A program made the position numbers and the translations under genes. Under the pieces are notes generated by a model. That model ran no database searches. It saw only the letters and a program-made list of their open reading frames with translations, and was not told where the DNA came from. This document shows, one piece after another, positions 36,659 to 47,090 of a DNA stretch of 64,000 bases. The first letter of the stretch is position 1; each line of letters begins with the position of its first letter. Source of the DNA: Thermoplasmata archaeon (lineage in GTDB: Archaea > Thermoplasmatota > Thermoplasmata > Lutacidiplasmatales > UBA184); NCBI GenBank assembly GCA_027315455.1, contig DAHUXZ010000009.1, positions 2,714 to 66,713 of the forward strand, in the 5' to 3' direction.

Positions 36659-39272
36659 ATGCCCGAGCCCGTGGTCGTGACTCCCCTCATGGAGCAGTAC
36701 GAGGGGGTCAAGGCCCGCTATCCGGGACATCTCGTCCTGTTCCGGGTCGGGGACTTCTACGAAACGTTCGGGGACGACGCGAAGCTGCTCTCCCGGGAGG
36801 TCGAGGTCGTCCTGACCGCCCGGGCCGCGGACGGCCGCGGCGAGCGGATGCCGATGGCCGGCGTCCCCCACCATGCCGTGGACACCTACCTGGGACGGCT
36901 CGTGAGGAAGGGGTTCAAGGTCGCGATCTGCGACCAGGTCGAGGACCCGAAGGCCGCGCGCGGGCTCGTGCGGCGCGAGGTGACGCGCGTCGTCACCCCC
37001 GGAACCGTCGTCGAGGACCGTATCCTGCCCGGGCCCGAGCACAACTTCCTCGCGAGCGTCGTCCTCCCGGCGGAGGGGCCTCCCGCCGTCGCCGCCGTCG
37101 ACATCACCACGGGGGAGTGGTTCCACGGGCTCGCCCCGACGTCGGGAGCGGACGGGGTCCTGCAAGGGCTCGTCCCGTTCGCGCCGAGCGAGGTGCTCCT
37201 CGCGCTTCCGCCCGACCCGTCGCGCCGGCGGGAGGTCGAGTCCGCCCTCCGCCGGGAGTTCCCGAGGGCCCGTCTCGAATCCGCGCCGCCGGCCGCGGCC
37301 GAGCTTCCCCCCTCGCTCGCGGCCGAGGCGACGGAGCCGCTCGTCGGCGAGGCGGACCGACGCCTGGCGGCGTACGTCGGCCAGACCCAGCCGCGCCTGC
37401 TCCCCTACCTGGAGGTCGTGCCGATCACCGCGGGGCGACGGCGGATGCACGTCGACGCGAAGACCCTGCGCCATCTCGAGATCGCGCGGCCGATGAACCC
37501 CGACGACCCGTCCGGCCCGACCCTCCTGTCGGTGTGGGACGCGACCGTGACCGCACCGGGACGGCGGACGATCGGGTTCTGGCTGCGGAACCCGCTCGCC
37601 GACGCCGCCGCGATCCGGGAGCGCCTCGACGCCGTCGACGCGCTGCGGGCGCGGGGGGCCGCCCTCCTCGAGCTGCGGGAGCGGCTCGGGCCCGTCGCCG
37701 ACCTCTCGCGGATCGCCTCCCGGGTCGTCGGCCGGCTCGTGCGCCCGCCCGAGCTCGCGGCGCTGCGGTCGAGCCTCCACGCCATGGCGGCCGTCGCCGA
37801 GGCCCTCGGGGAGGCCCCGACGGGTCTCCTCGGCGGAGGCCCTCGCCGGCCGGCTCGACCCGCTGCCCCGCCTTTGCGAGCGGCTCGCCACCGCCCTCCC
37901 CGAGGAGCCCCCTCCCACCGCCGACCACGGCGGGCTCTTCCGGGCGGGCTTCTCCCCGGCGCTCGACGCCCTTGTCGCGGAGGAGCAGGGGGGTCTTGCC
38001 GAGCTCGAGGCGCTCGAGCGCCGTGAGCAGGAGGCGAGCGGGATACGCACGCTCAAGGTCGGGTACAACCAGGTCTTCGGCTACTACTTCGAGATCACGC
38101 GGCCGAACCTGGGCCGGGTCCCCGCGCACTTCCGGCGGAAGCAGACCCTCTCGGGCGGGGAGCGGTTCACGACGGAGGAGCTCGCGCGGATCGAGGAGCG
38201 GGTCCTCGCCGCCCGCGCCGCGCTCGGCTCCGCGGGGGCGGAGGCGTGGGAAGGGTTGCTGGCCGAGATCGACCCGTGGGTGCCCGCGCTCCACCGGCTC
38301 TCCCGGGCCGTCGGGGAGCTCGACACCCTCGCCGCGTTCGCCCTGCTCGCCCAGGAGCGGAACCTCGTCCGGCCCGAGGTCGACGAGGGCACGGCGCTCG
38401 TCATCCGGGATGGACGCCACCCCGTCCTCGACCGCACCCTCGGCCGTCGCTTCGTGCCGAACGACACCGACCTCGATGCCGACGGTGACCGCCTCCTGGT
38501 CCTCACCGGGCCGAACATGTCCGGCAAGTCGACCTACATGCGGCAGGTCGGCCTCCTCGTCCTCCTCGCCCAGGCCGGCTCGTTCGTGCCGGCGCGGTTC
38601 GCCCGGGTCGGGGTCGCCGACGCGGTGTTCACGCGGATGGGGTTCACCGACGAGATCGGCCGCGGGAAGTCGAGCTTCATGGTCGAGATGAGCGAGGTCG
38701 CCGAGATCCTCCGCTCGGCCGGCCCCCGGTCGCTCGTCCTCCTGGACGAGGTCGGGCGGGGCACGAGCACGTTCGACGGCCTCGCGATCGCGTGGTCGGT
38801 CCTCCGCCATCTCTGCGAAACCGTCCGATGCCGGACCCTCCTCGCCACGCACTACCACCAGCTCACCGAGCTCGTCGAGCCCCTCGCCGGCGCCCGGAAC
38901 GCCCACCTCGCCGTCGATGAATCGGGCGGCGAGATCGCGTTCCTCCACCGGCTCGTCCCCGGGAGCACGGACCGCAGCTACGGCCTCCACGTCGCGCGGC
39001 TCGCCGGCCTTCCCCCGGCGCTGCTCTCCGAAGCCGACCGGCTCCTGGGCCGCCTCGAGTCCGAGGGGGTCCGGCTCGCCCCGGGCCGCCGGCGCGGCGC
39101 GCCGACGCGCTACACGCAGGGGATCCTGCTTCCCGCCCCGTCGGCCGGCCCCTCTCCTTTCGAGTCCGCCCTCCTCGCGCTCGACCCCGACCGGATGGCC
39201 CCGATCGACGCGCTCGCCTTCCTGGCCGAGTGGCGCCGGCGGCTCGGCGAGGGAGCGCCGCCCCCGCCGTGA
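36659..39272 (+). pseudogene. mutS: DNA mismatch repair protein MutS (MutS1), frameshifted near 37832 (real or assembly error)
   Basis: TPLMEQY, GDFYETF, AICDQ in the first frame. After ...CTC CTC G GCG GAG the next frame gives AEALAGRLDPLPRL..., LKVGYNQVFGYY, TGPNMSGKSTY, SSFMVEM, DEVGRGTST, SYGLHVA. Confidence 0.9.
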
Positions 39273-41044
39273 GCGCGCCGTCGGCCCCGCGGGCGATCCG
39301 CCGCCTCGACGAGGGCACGGTCCAGCGGATCGCGGCGGGCGAGGTCGTCGAGCGCCCCGCGTCCGTCGTCAAGGAGCTCGTCGAGAACGCCGTGGACGCC
39401 GGGGCGCGCGACGTCCGCGTGCGGCTCGAGGGCGGCGGGCTCGAGCTCATCGCCGTGGAGGACGACGGGGCCGGGATCGCCGGGGGGGACCTCCCGCTCG
39501 CCGTCGAGCGCCACGCGACCAGCAAGCTCGAGCGGGTCGAGGACCTCGCGGCGATCGCGACGCTCGGCTTCCGGGGCGAGGCGCTCGCGTCCATCGCGGC
39601 GGTCTCGCGCCTGCGCCTTCTCTCGCGGGTCGCGGGCGCGCCCGCGGCGAGCGGCATCTCCGTGGTCGCCGGCCAGGTCGTCGGCACGTTCGTCGAGGGC
39701 CGCGCCCCCGGCACGACGGTCGAGGTGCGCGACCTCTTCTTCAACACGCCGGCGCGGCGGAAGTTCCTCCACGCGCCCGCCGCCGAGCAGCTCGAGGTCC
39801 TCGCGATGGTCGAGCGGCTCTACCTCGCGCGGCCGGCCGTCGGGCTGGCCGTCGACAACGAGCGGGGGGAGCTCGCCCGCTACCCCCCCGTCCGCTCGCT
39901 GCGCGAGGCCGCCGGCCGCGTCTTCGGCCCGGAGTTCCTCGGCCAGTCGTTCGCCGTCGCGGCCCGGCCGGCGGAGGGGATCGCAATCCAGGCCGTCCTC
40001 GCCCGGCCCGCGATCAGCCGATCGACCTCGAGCTCGCTCTTTCTCGCGCTCAACGGCCGCGCCATCGCCTCGCGTCCCCTCGCCCAGGCGGTCCGGATCG
40101 CCTACGCTGACCACCTCCCCCGGACCCGCCACCCGGTCGGCGCCATCCACCTCGAGGTCGACCCGTCCCGGGTCGACGTGAACGTCCACCCGACGAAGCG
40201 CGAGGTCCGCATCGCCCACGAGCGCGACCTCGCCGACGAGCTGCGCCGGGCCGTGCGGGAGGCGCTCCTCGGGACGCCGCAGGTCGCCGACCGGGCCGGA
40301 GCGGTCGGGAGACCGACCGGATTCCTTCCCCCCGCCCCGTCCTCCCCCGTCGGGCCTCTCCCGCCGCTCGCGGCGCTCCCGCGCGCGGCCGAGGAGTCGC
40401 CCCACGCCGTCCAGCGGACCCTGGGCGAGCCGCCGGCCCCGGTGACCGTGGCCGCGACGGCCCGGCGGCCGCGCCTCGCGTTCGTCGGCCAATTGTTCCG
40501 CGTGTACTGGGCCGCCGAGAGCGGCGAGGACCTCCTCCTGGTCGACCAGCACGCGGCGAGCGAGCGGGCGATCTTCACCGCGCTGCGCCGGGACGGCCGG
40601 CTCGCCCACCAGGAGCTCGTCGACCCCCTGCGGTTCGAGCTCACCCCCCGCCAGGCGCTGACGCTCTCGACCCACGGCGAAGCGATCGCGCGTTCGGGCT
40701 TCCGCGCTGCGCCGTTCGGCGGGAACGTCGTCCGCATCGAGGCGGTACCCTCCTACCGGGGGCGGCGCGCCCGCGCCGAGGCGTTCCCCGGCCTCCTCGA
40801 CGAGCTCGCCGTCGGCGGGCGGCCGACGGTCCCCGACGGCCTCGCCGAGCGCACCGACGCGACGCTCGCCTGCCACAGCGCGGTGCGCGCGGGAGACCTC
40901 CTCTTAGCCGAGGAGCTCGCGCGGATCGTCGAGGCGCTCGACGCCGACCCCGAGGGGGCGTACACCTGCCCCCACGGGCGCCCGATCCTGGTCCGGATCC
41001 CGCGGGCGCGAATCGACCGCTGGTTCCTGCGGAGCGGGCCGTGA
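39269..41044 (+). CDS. mutL: DNA mismatch repair protein MutL
   Basis: IAAGEVVERPASVVKELVEN, HATSK, GFRGEAL, DVNVHPTK, DQHAASER, ACH, CPHGRP. GTG overlaps the mutS stop. Confidence 0.95.
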   Translation: MSAPSAPRAIRRLDEGTVQRIAAGEVVERPASVVKELVENAVDAGARDVRVRLEGGGLELIAVEDDGAGIAGGDLPLAVERHATSKLERVEDLAAIATLGFRGEALASIAAVSRLRLLSRVAGAPAASGISVVAGQVVGTFVEGRAPGTTVEVRDLFFNTPARRKFLHAPAAEQLEVLAMVERLYLARPAVGLAVDNERGELARYPPVRSLREAAGRVFGPEFLGQSFAVAARPAEGIAIQAVLARPAISRSTSSSLFLALNGRAIASRPLAQAVRIAYADHLPRTRHPVGAIHLEVDPSRVDVNVHPTKREVRIAHERDLADELRRAVREALLGTPQVADRAGAVGRPTGFLPPAPSSPVGPLPPLAALPRAAEESPHAVQRTLGEPPAPVTVAATARRPRLAFVGQLFRVYWAAESGEDLLLVDQHAASERAIFTALRRDGRLAHQELVDPLRFELTPRQALTLSTHGEAIARSGFRAAPFGGNVVRIEAVPSYRGRRARAEAFPGLLDELAVGGRPTVPDGLAERTDATLACHSAVRAGDLLLAEELARIVEALDADPEGAYTCPHGRPILVRIPRARIDRWFLRSGP

Positions 41045-41562
41045 GAGAGTCCGACCTCATCGCCCCGGTCGAGGCCCATCTGGCCCGCCGGGGCTACCGC
41101 GTCTGGGCCGCGCCGGACGGCGCCGACTACTTCGACATCGTGGCGCGGCGGGGCCCCGAGATCGGCCTGGTCGAGCTCAAGCTCTCCGACTGGCGCAAGG
41201 TCTTCGCGCAGGCCGTCCGCCGCCGGGCCTGGGCCGACTGGGTCGCCGTCGCCCTGCCCCGGGAGTCGCTCGCCCGGCGGCTGTTGGACCGCCCCGAGGC
41301 GCCCCGCGCCCAGCGCGTGGGCGTCTGGGTCGTCGAGGACGGCGCGGTCCGCGAGCTGCGGCCGGCGCGTCCCCTCGTCGCCGCGGGAGAGGCCGACCCC
41401 TTCGCGGAGAGCCGGGCGCGCTTGGCGGCCCGGCTCGACGAGCTCGAGGCCGGGGCGCTGCCGGCCGGGGCGCGGTGGCTCGTCCCCGGACGCCCGTCGG
41501 TGGGCGGGTCGCGGCGGACGACGCGCGACTGGCGCCTCGAGGAGTTCCCCGACGGGAGCTAG
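41041..41562 (+). CDS. Putative PD-(D/E)xK nuclease (DUF2161/MmcB-like)
   Basis: RESDL..PV..HL...GY.V...FDIVARR...LVELK......AQAVRR...D.V.VALP. GTGA overlap with mutL. Confidence 0.7.
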   Translation: MRESDLIAPVEAHLARRGYRVWAAPDGADYFDIVARRGPEIGLVELKLSDWRKVFAQAVRRRAWADWVAVALPRESLARRLLDRPEAPRAQRVGVWVVEDGAVRELRPARPLVAAGEADPFAESRARLAARLDELEAGALPAGARWLVPGRPSVGGSRRTTRDWRLEEFPDGS

Positions 41563-42710
41563 CCCAGGGTCGGGGCGATCGCCTTCTCGAACCGGTCGGC
41601 CATCCGATCGAAGCTGAACCCGTCGGCGTAGCGCTTGCCGGCCTCCCCGATCGACCGCCGAAGGGCGGGGTCGGCGAACAGCTCGGCGAGCTCGCTCGCG
41701 TAGGCCCCGGCGTCGTCGGACGGCACGACGCGGACGGCGGTCTTGGGGTCGATCCCGTCCAGGGGCAGGTGCGCGCTCACCACGGCGGGGACCCCGTAGC
41801 GCATCGCCTCACGGGGGGCGAGGCCGAAGCCCTCGTAGCGCGTCGGGAAGAGGAAGACATCGGCGGCGCGGAGGACGCGGGCCTTCATCGGCTCGTCGAC
41901 GGGCCCGAGCGAAAGGACCCCCGGCTCCGTCGGGACCGAGGAGCCGGCGACGATGCACCGCGCGCCGGGGAACAGCACCCGGATCCGTCGGAACGCGTCG
42001 AGCGCGATCGGGAGGCCCTGGCGCTCCGGGGTCCGTCCGAGGAACGCGACCACCGGGACGTCGAGCGGGATGCGGAGGGCGCGGCGGGCGTCCTCGCGCG
42101 TCCCGACCTCGAGCGGGTCCGGGACCCCGAGAGGGAGGAGCGTCACGCGGGCGGCCGGGACCCGGTAGTAGCGCTCGAGGAGCTGGCGGTTGAGCTCGGA
42201 GCCGGCGAAGACGACGCGGGCCCGGTCGAGGGCGTGGCCCTCGAGGCGGAGGAGCGCGCGGCGGTCGACCCAGTTGCCGAGGCGCTGGCGGACCCCGCGT
42301 CCCGGCTCGAGGGGGCGCAGGGTGTCGAACGTGTGGAGGGCGACGTCGTGGACGAACATCGCGAAGACCGGGCGGCCCGCGCGCCCCGCGCCGAGGGCGC
42401 CGATCGCCCCGGCCTTCTCGTCGTTGCCCACGACGAGGTCGGCGTTCGGGTCGAACAGGCCCGTCGCGTTGCGTCCGATCGCGATGTCGCGGGCGAACGG
42501 CCGGCGGCCGGCGCCCCGGAACGGGACCGGCACCGCCTCGACGCCGGGCACGGGGGTCAGGGCGGCGCCGGCCTCGGCCGGGTAGAGGACACGCACCCGG
42601 TGGCCCAGGGTCCCGAGCGACGCGGCGAGCTGCCAGACGACCCGCGACAGCCCGCTGGACGTCTCCTCGACGGGCGCCGTCGCGAGGAACTCGATCCGCC
42701 AGGCGGCCAT
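41559..42710 (-). CDS. Glycosyltransferase family 4
   Basis: LGHRVRVL, FLGR....QG, ADVFLFPTRYEGFGLAPREAM..GVP. Confidence 0.9.
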   Translation of the reverse strand: MAAWRIEFLATAPVEETSSGLSRVVWQLAASLGTLGHRVRVLYPAEAGAALTPVPGVEAVPVPFRGAGRRPFARDIAIGRNATGLFDPNADLVVGNDEKAGAIGALGAGRAGRPVFAMFVHDVALHTFDTLRPLEPGRGVRQRLGNWVDRRALLRLEGHALDRARVVFAGSELNRQLLERYYRVPAARVTLLPLGVPDPLEVGTREDARRALRIPLDVPVVAFLGRTPERQGLPIALDAFRRIRVLFPGARCIVAGSSVPTEPGVLSLGPVDEPMKARVLRAADVFLFPTRYEGFGLAPREAMRYGVPAVVSAHLPLDGIDPKTAVRVVPSDDAGAYASELAELFADPALRRSIGEAGKRYADGFSFDRMADRFEKAIAPTLG

Positions 42711-42720
42711 GGGCGGCGCG

Positions 42721-44229
42721 CTAGCCCTCCACGGTGCCGAAGCGGTCCGCGAAGGAGCGGCCGGCCATCGCCTCGGGGATCGGCGCACCCATCGCGCTCA
42801 GGATCGTCGGGGCGAGGTCGAGGAGGGAGAACGGTTCGCTCCGCCGCTCCGGCTGGATCCCGACCCCGCTCGCGATGAGGATGCCGTCCATGCGGTGGAC
42901 CCCGGTTCCGTAGAAGTAGCCCGGTCGGTCCTTGAGCATCGGGCGGGGGTAGCTGAAGTCCATCCGCGGCTCCGTCGCGAGCCCATCGATCCGCAACAGG
43001 AGCGCGGGGGCGTTCTCGAGCCGGTCCCCGCGGTAGAGCTCCGCGGGGCTCAGGACCTCGATCCGGGCCCCGGGGAACGTCTCGAGGCGGCGGCGGATCT
43101 CGTCGAGCGCGGCCCGGGCGGCCTCCGGGCGCAGCGAGGAGTTGTAGCGGTTGAGGTAGATCCCCTCGGGAACGGGGTAGGAGTAGGCGACGGTCCGCTC
43201 CCAGTCGATGCGGGGGGCCACGGCCTCGAACGTCGCGACCCCGCCGACGGCCGTCGAGAGCGCCTCGATGCGGGGGCTCGAGCGCAGCCGGTCGGCGAGC
43301 GGTCGCAACAGCCGTCGGCCCCCGGGGATACGGTCGAGGGTGACGAGGAGCCGCGAGAGCAGGTCCCGCCGGCGGTCGATCCCGCCGTTGCGGAAGCGCA
43401 GGAACCCCTCCGCCTCGAGCCAGCGGTTGGTGAAGAAGTCCGACCGGGCGTCCCCGTGGCCGTGGTCGGAGATGATGAGCGTGGCGACGGGGGACACCGC
43501 GGCGCGGAACGCCGCGTCGATCCGCGCGAGGGCGCGGTCGACCTCCCGCCAGAACCCGCGCAGGTCCTCCCCGACCTTCGGGGGCGGGCCGGTGAGCTCG
43601 CTCCAATGCTGGTGCTGGATCCGGTCGGTCTCGCGGAAGAGGACGAAGAGGAAGTCCGGGTGGTGGGCGCGGATGAGCGCCTCCGTCGCCCGGGCGCGCT
43701 GCCCCACGGCGCGGGTCGCGAGCGCCATCCACTCGGCCCGGTGGGCCTCCCGGTAGGGCGGGAGCTCGGGGATGAGCGGCTCGCCGAGGGCGCGCTCGAC
43801 CTCGTCGCGCAAGCCCTCGGGGTAGGTCGGCGGCCGGTCCGAGAGCATCCCCGGCAGGACGAAGCCGTTGAGCGCGTGGCCGGCGCGCATCGGGAAGTTG
43901 ACGACGCCGACCGAGTGGCCGAGCCGGCTCAGCCGGTCCCAGATCGCCTCCGAGGGACGGTACGTCTGGACGAGCCGGCTCTTCCCCGGCCCCCCGTCCG
44001 GCTCGGTGAAGCCGAAGATCCCGAGGGCCCCGGGGTCGAGCCCGGTCGCGAAGGAGTACCAGGCGGGGATCGTCTTCGGCGGGTAGACCGAGGCGAGGGG
44101 CGCGCGCAGCCCCGCGGCGGCGGTCCGGGCAAGGAACGGCAGCTCGCCGGAGGCCATCAGCGGGTCGAGGAGGTCGAAGGTGGCCCCATCGAGGCCCAGT
44201 ACAAGGAACCGCCGGGACACCGAACTCAT
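42721..44229 (-). CDS. Alkaline-phosphatase-superfamily protein (nucleotide pyrophosphatase/phosphodiesterase-like)
   Basis: LGLDGAT, SVYPPKTIPAW (Thr nucleophile), DRIQH, ISDHG, G.HRMDG, DLAPTIL. Confidence 0.88.
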   Translation of the reverse strand: MSSVSRRFLVLGLDGATFDLLDPLMASGELPFLARTAAAGLRAPLASVYPPKTIPAWYSFATGLDPGALGIFGFTEPDGGPGKSRLVQTYRPSEAIWDRLSRLGHSVGVVNFPMRAGHALNGFVLPGMLSDRPPTYPEGLRDEVERALGEPLIPELPPYREAHRAEWMALATRAVGQRARATEALIRAHHPDFLFVLFRETDRIQHQHWSELTGPPPKVGEDLRGFWREVDRALARIDAAFRAAVSPVATLIISDHGHGDARSDFFTNRWLEAEGFLRFRNGGIDRRRDLLSRLLVTLDRIPGGRRLLRPLADRLRSSPRIEALSTAVGGVATFEAVAPRIDWERTVAYSYPVPEGIYLNRYNSSLRPEAARAALDEIRRRLETFPGARIEVLSPAELYRGDRLENAPALLLRIDGLATEPRMDFSYPRPMLKDRPGYFYGTGVHRMDGILIASGVGIQPERRSEPFSLLDLAPTILSAMGAPIPEAMAGRSFADRFGTVEG

Positions 44230-44278
44230 GCGACTCGCGGAACCCGTGGCTCCGGCCCCGACAGGAACCGGGCCCGTT

Positions 44279-44304
44279 AAAAAAGGGTGTCGCGGAAGCG
44301 ACCC
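44279..44304 (-). terminator. Hairpin plus U6 tract immediately after aCPSF1
   Basis: Minus strand reads GGGTCGC-TTCC-GCGACACCC-TTTTTT, 3 nt after the stop codon. Confidence 0.6.
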
Positions 44305-44307
44305 GGG

Positions 44308-46212
44308 CTAGAGCAGCCGGACCGCCTCGAGGTTGTACGGCACCCGGCTTTCCAGGTTGAAGCGCTTGTGCAGGCTTGTGGAGAGGTCCAGGGCCTTCGA
44401 CTCCTCCCCGTGGCAGAGGACGACCCGCTGCGGCCGGGGGTCGAGCGTCGCGACGTAGTTCATCAGCTGGACCCGGTCGGAGTGGCCGCTGAACCCCTCG
44501 ATCGTCGCCACCTCGAGGCGGACCGGGACCGTGATCTGGCGGCCGTTGTCCATGAACGTCGCCTCGCTGAGCCCGCGCTGGAGCCGCCGCCCGAACGTCC
44601 CCTCGGCCTGGTAGCCGACGAAGAGGATGCCGTTCTTCTCGTCGGGGGCCCACGAGCGGAAGTACTCCATCACGGGCCCGCCGCTCATCATCCCGGAGGT
44701 CGCGAGGACGATGCACGGCTCCTTGCCGTCGACGACGTCGCTGCGCATCGAGGACGAGTCGACCCGGTGGAACACGTCCGAAAGGAACGGATTGTCGCCC
44801 TGCTGGAAGATCTGGGTCCGCAGCTGGCTGTTGAGATACTCGGGGTAGGCGGTGTGGATCGCCGTCGCCTCGAAGATCATCCCGTCGAGGTAGACCGGCA
44901 CCCGGGGGATCTTCCCCTCGCGCATCCGCTCCTCGAGGACGAGCATGGCCTCCTGGGAGCGGCCGACGGCGAAGACCGGCACGACGAGCTTGCCGCCCCG
45001 GCCGACGACCTTCGATGCGAGGCGCGAGAAGTCCTCCGTCGCCTGCCCCCGGCTGGGCTGGACGTCGCGGTAGCCGCCGTAGGTCGACTCCATGATGAGG
45101 GTCTCGAGGCGGGGGAAGCGGTTCGCGGCGGGGTTGAACAGCCAGCTGCGCTCGAACTTGATGTCCCCGGTGTAGGCGAGGTTGTAGTCGCCGTCCCCGA
45201 GGTGGAAGTGCGCGATCGACGAGCCGAGGATGTGGCCGGCGTTGTGGAGCGTGAGGCGCATGTCCGGGGCGATGTCCGTCGTCTCCCCCCAGCGCAGCGG
45301 GATCGTGCGGGAGACCATGTCGCGCACGTGCGAGGAGTCGTAGAGGCCCCGACGCGCCTCCTGCGCGGTGACCTTGATCGCGTCGAGGAGCATGAGGGTC
45401 ATGAGGTCGCGGGTCGGGGCCGTGCAGTAGATCGGCCCGTGGTAGCCGTACTTGAGCAGCACCGGGATGAGGCCGCAGTGGTCGAGATGCGCGTGGGTGA
45501 CGACCACGGCGTCGAGGCTGTCGAGCGGCAGGAGCTCGGGGGCGTTGAAGAACGGCGTCCGGTCCGAGCCGGGGTCGATGCCACAGTCGATCAGGATCTT
45601 GGAGTTCTGGGTGGAGAGGAGGTGCGCGCTCCGCCCGACCTCGCGGTAGCCGCCGAGGGCCGTGTTGCGGGCCCAGATCTTCTCGGGAAGGCGGTCGCGG
45701 GCGATCTTGACGCCGACCTTCTTCAGGAACGAGCGCCGGTCCTCGAAGTGGTGGCGGAGGTGGATGCGCACCTCCTCGACGGTCTTCGAGGGGATGGGGG
45801 GCGTGCGGACGACCGTGGGGACCCAGCCGATCCTCCGCTTGAGCTCGTTGAGGACGGAACCCTGGCGCCCGATCGCCGCACCGGGATTGGCCGCCTCGAT
45901 CGTCACCTCGCCGGTTTCCGGCTCGAAGAACAGCGCGCTGATCTCCGCCTCGACCGGGATGAGCTCCCGGATCGCGGCCTCGGCCTCCTTCGGCTCGCTC
46001 AGGATCGCGGGGTCGCTGCGGACCAGGACGCGGCGGCGCAGGCGCTGGGCGATCTGGCGCAGGTAGTCGCCGCCGGAGAGGAAGGCGTCGAGCTGCTTGG
46101 TGTAGAGGACGATGTGCGGACCCTCGAGCTCGATGTCGGTGACCTCGATGGCCTCCGGTAACACCTCGGCCAATGCCTGCTTGGTCTGCTCAATGAGCGA
46201 GTCGAAACTCAT
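44308..46212 (-). CDS. fttA: Beta-CASP ribonuclease / transcription termination factor aCPSF1 (FttA)
   Basis: Two KH domains, LGGYREVGRS, THAHLDH, NAGHILGS, ESTYG, GFSGHSD, HGE. Confidence 0.96.
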   Translation of the reverse strand: MSFDSLIEQTKQALAEVLPEAIEVTDIELEGPHIVLYTKQLDAFLSGGDYLRQIAQRLRRRVLVRSDPAILSEPKEAEAAIRELIPVEAEISALFFEPETGEVTIEAANPGAAIGRQGSVLNELKRRIGWVPTVVRTPPIPSKTVEEVRIHLRHHFEDRRSFLKKVGVKIARDRLPEKIWARNTALGGYREVGRSAHLLSTQNSKILIDCGIDPGSDRTPFFNAPELLPLDSLDAVVVTHAHLDHCGLIPVLLKYGYHGPIYCTAPTRDLMTLMLLDAIKVTAQEARRGLYDSSHVRDMVSRTIPLRWGETTDIAPDMRLTLHNAGHILGSSIAHFHLGDGDYNLAYTGDIKFERSWLFNPAANRFPRLETLIMESTYGGYRDVQPSRGQATEDFSRLASKVVGRGGKLVVPVFAVGRSQEAMLVLEERMREGKIPRVPVYLDGMIFEATAIHTAYPEYLNSQLRTQIFQQGDNPFLSDVFHRVDSSSMRSDVVDGKEPCIVLATSGMMSGGPVMEYFRSWAPDEKNGILFVGYQAEGTFGRRLQRGLSEATFMDNGRQITVPVRLEVATIEGFSGHSDRVQLMNYVATLDPRPQRVVLCHGEESKALDLSTSLHKRFNLESRVPYNLEAVRLL

Positions 46213-46262
46213 CCATCGCGGAAGGGGTTGCCGGAACGGGTTGGGGGAAGCGGCGGATCGGA

Positions 46263-46931
46263 TCAGGCGAGCGCGGGCGGGAGCGGGATCTTGAGCGCCT
46301 TGAGGCGCTTGTTGATCTCGTCCTCGCCGAACTCCTTGTACTCTCGGGAGGTGATGACGTGGACGATATACCCATCGCCGCTCGCGCTGTCGCGCTTCAT
46401 GGCCGCGGTGAGCCCCCGGAGGGCGAGGTCGACGCCGTCGGAGACGCTCATGTCCCGGGAGTAGCCCTCCTCGAGGATGCCGTAGGCGAACGTCGAGCCG
46501 CTGCCGACGGAGACGAACCGGTCCTCGATCGAGCCACCGGCGGGGTCGACGGAGAAGACGTGACCGCCCTTCCCGTCGACGCCCCCGAGGATCATCCAGG
46601 CGTAGTAGGGGAACATCCGGTTGCCGTTGAGGATGTTCGCGAGGAGCGTCGCCGCGCCCTCGGCGCTGAGGGTTCCGCCCCGACGAAGGCGGTAGAGGGA
46701 GACCTCGGCGCGGAGGTAGCGGGCGAGGACCTGGGCATCGCCGACGAGCCCCGCGACGGTGACGCCGATGTTCGTGTCGATCTTGAACAGCTTCTGGGTC
46801 GTCTTGTTCGCGATGAGATTGCCCGCCGTCGCGCGGCGCTCCGTCGCCAGTACGACGCCGTCCTTGCAGACGATCCCGATGGTCGTCGTGCCCTTGAGCA
46901 ACTCCTGCTCCCGCGAACTACCAGCGTGCAT
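46263..46931 (-). CDS. psmB: Proteasome beta subunit
   Basis: Propeptide ending LKG/TTTIG, GLVGDAQ, VGSGS..AYG, RDSASG. Confidence 0.97.
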   Translation of the reverse strand: MHAGSSREQELLKGTTTIGIVCKDGVVLATERRATAGNLIANKTTQKLFKIDTNIGVTVAGLVGDAQVLARYLRAEVSLYRLRRGGTLSAEGAATLLANILNGNRMFPYYAWMILGGVDGKGGHVFSVDPAGGSIEDRFVSVGSGSTFAYGILEEGYSRDMSVSDGVDLALRGLTAAMKRDSASGDGYIVHVITSREYKEFGEDEINKRLKALKIPLPPALA

Positions 46932-47090
46932 CGGCTCCCCGGAAAGGTGGGAAAACGGAAGGGGTGACTAAGGGGGGGTATATAACCGCTCCGAGGAGAG
47001 TGGTGTCCGCGCCACCGTGCGGGGGGTACGCGCCGGGCCGCACCCCCGCCCGCCGATAGGTTCAAGTCCGAGGGGACGGTCACGCGGGCC

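Noticed and set aside
36353-41562. tRNA-anchored genomic island carrying mutSL
   Set aside because: No integrase, no duplicated tRNA 3' end and no visible compositional shift.
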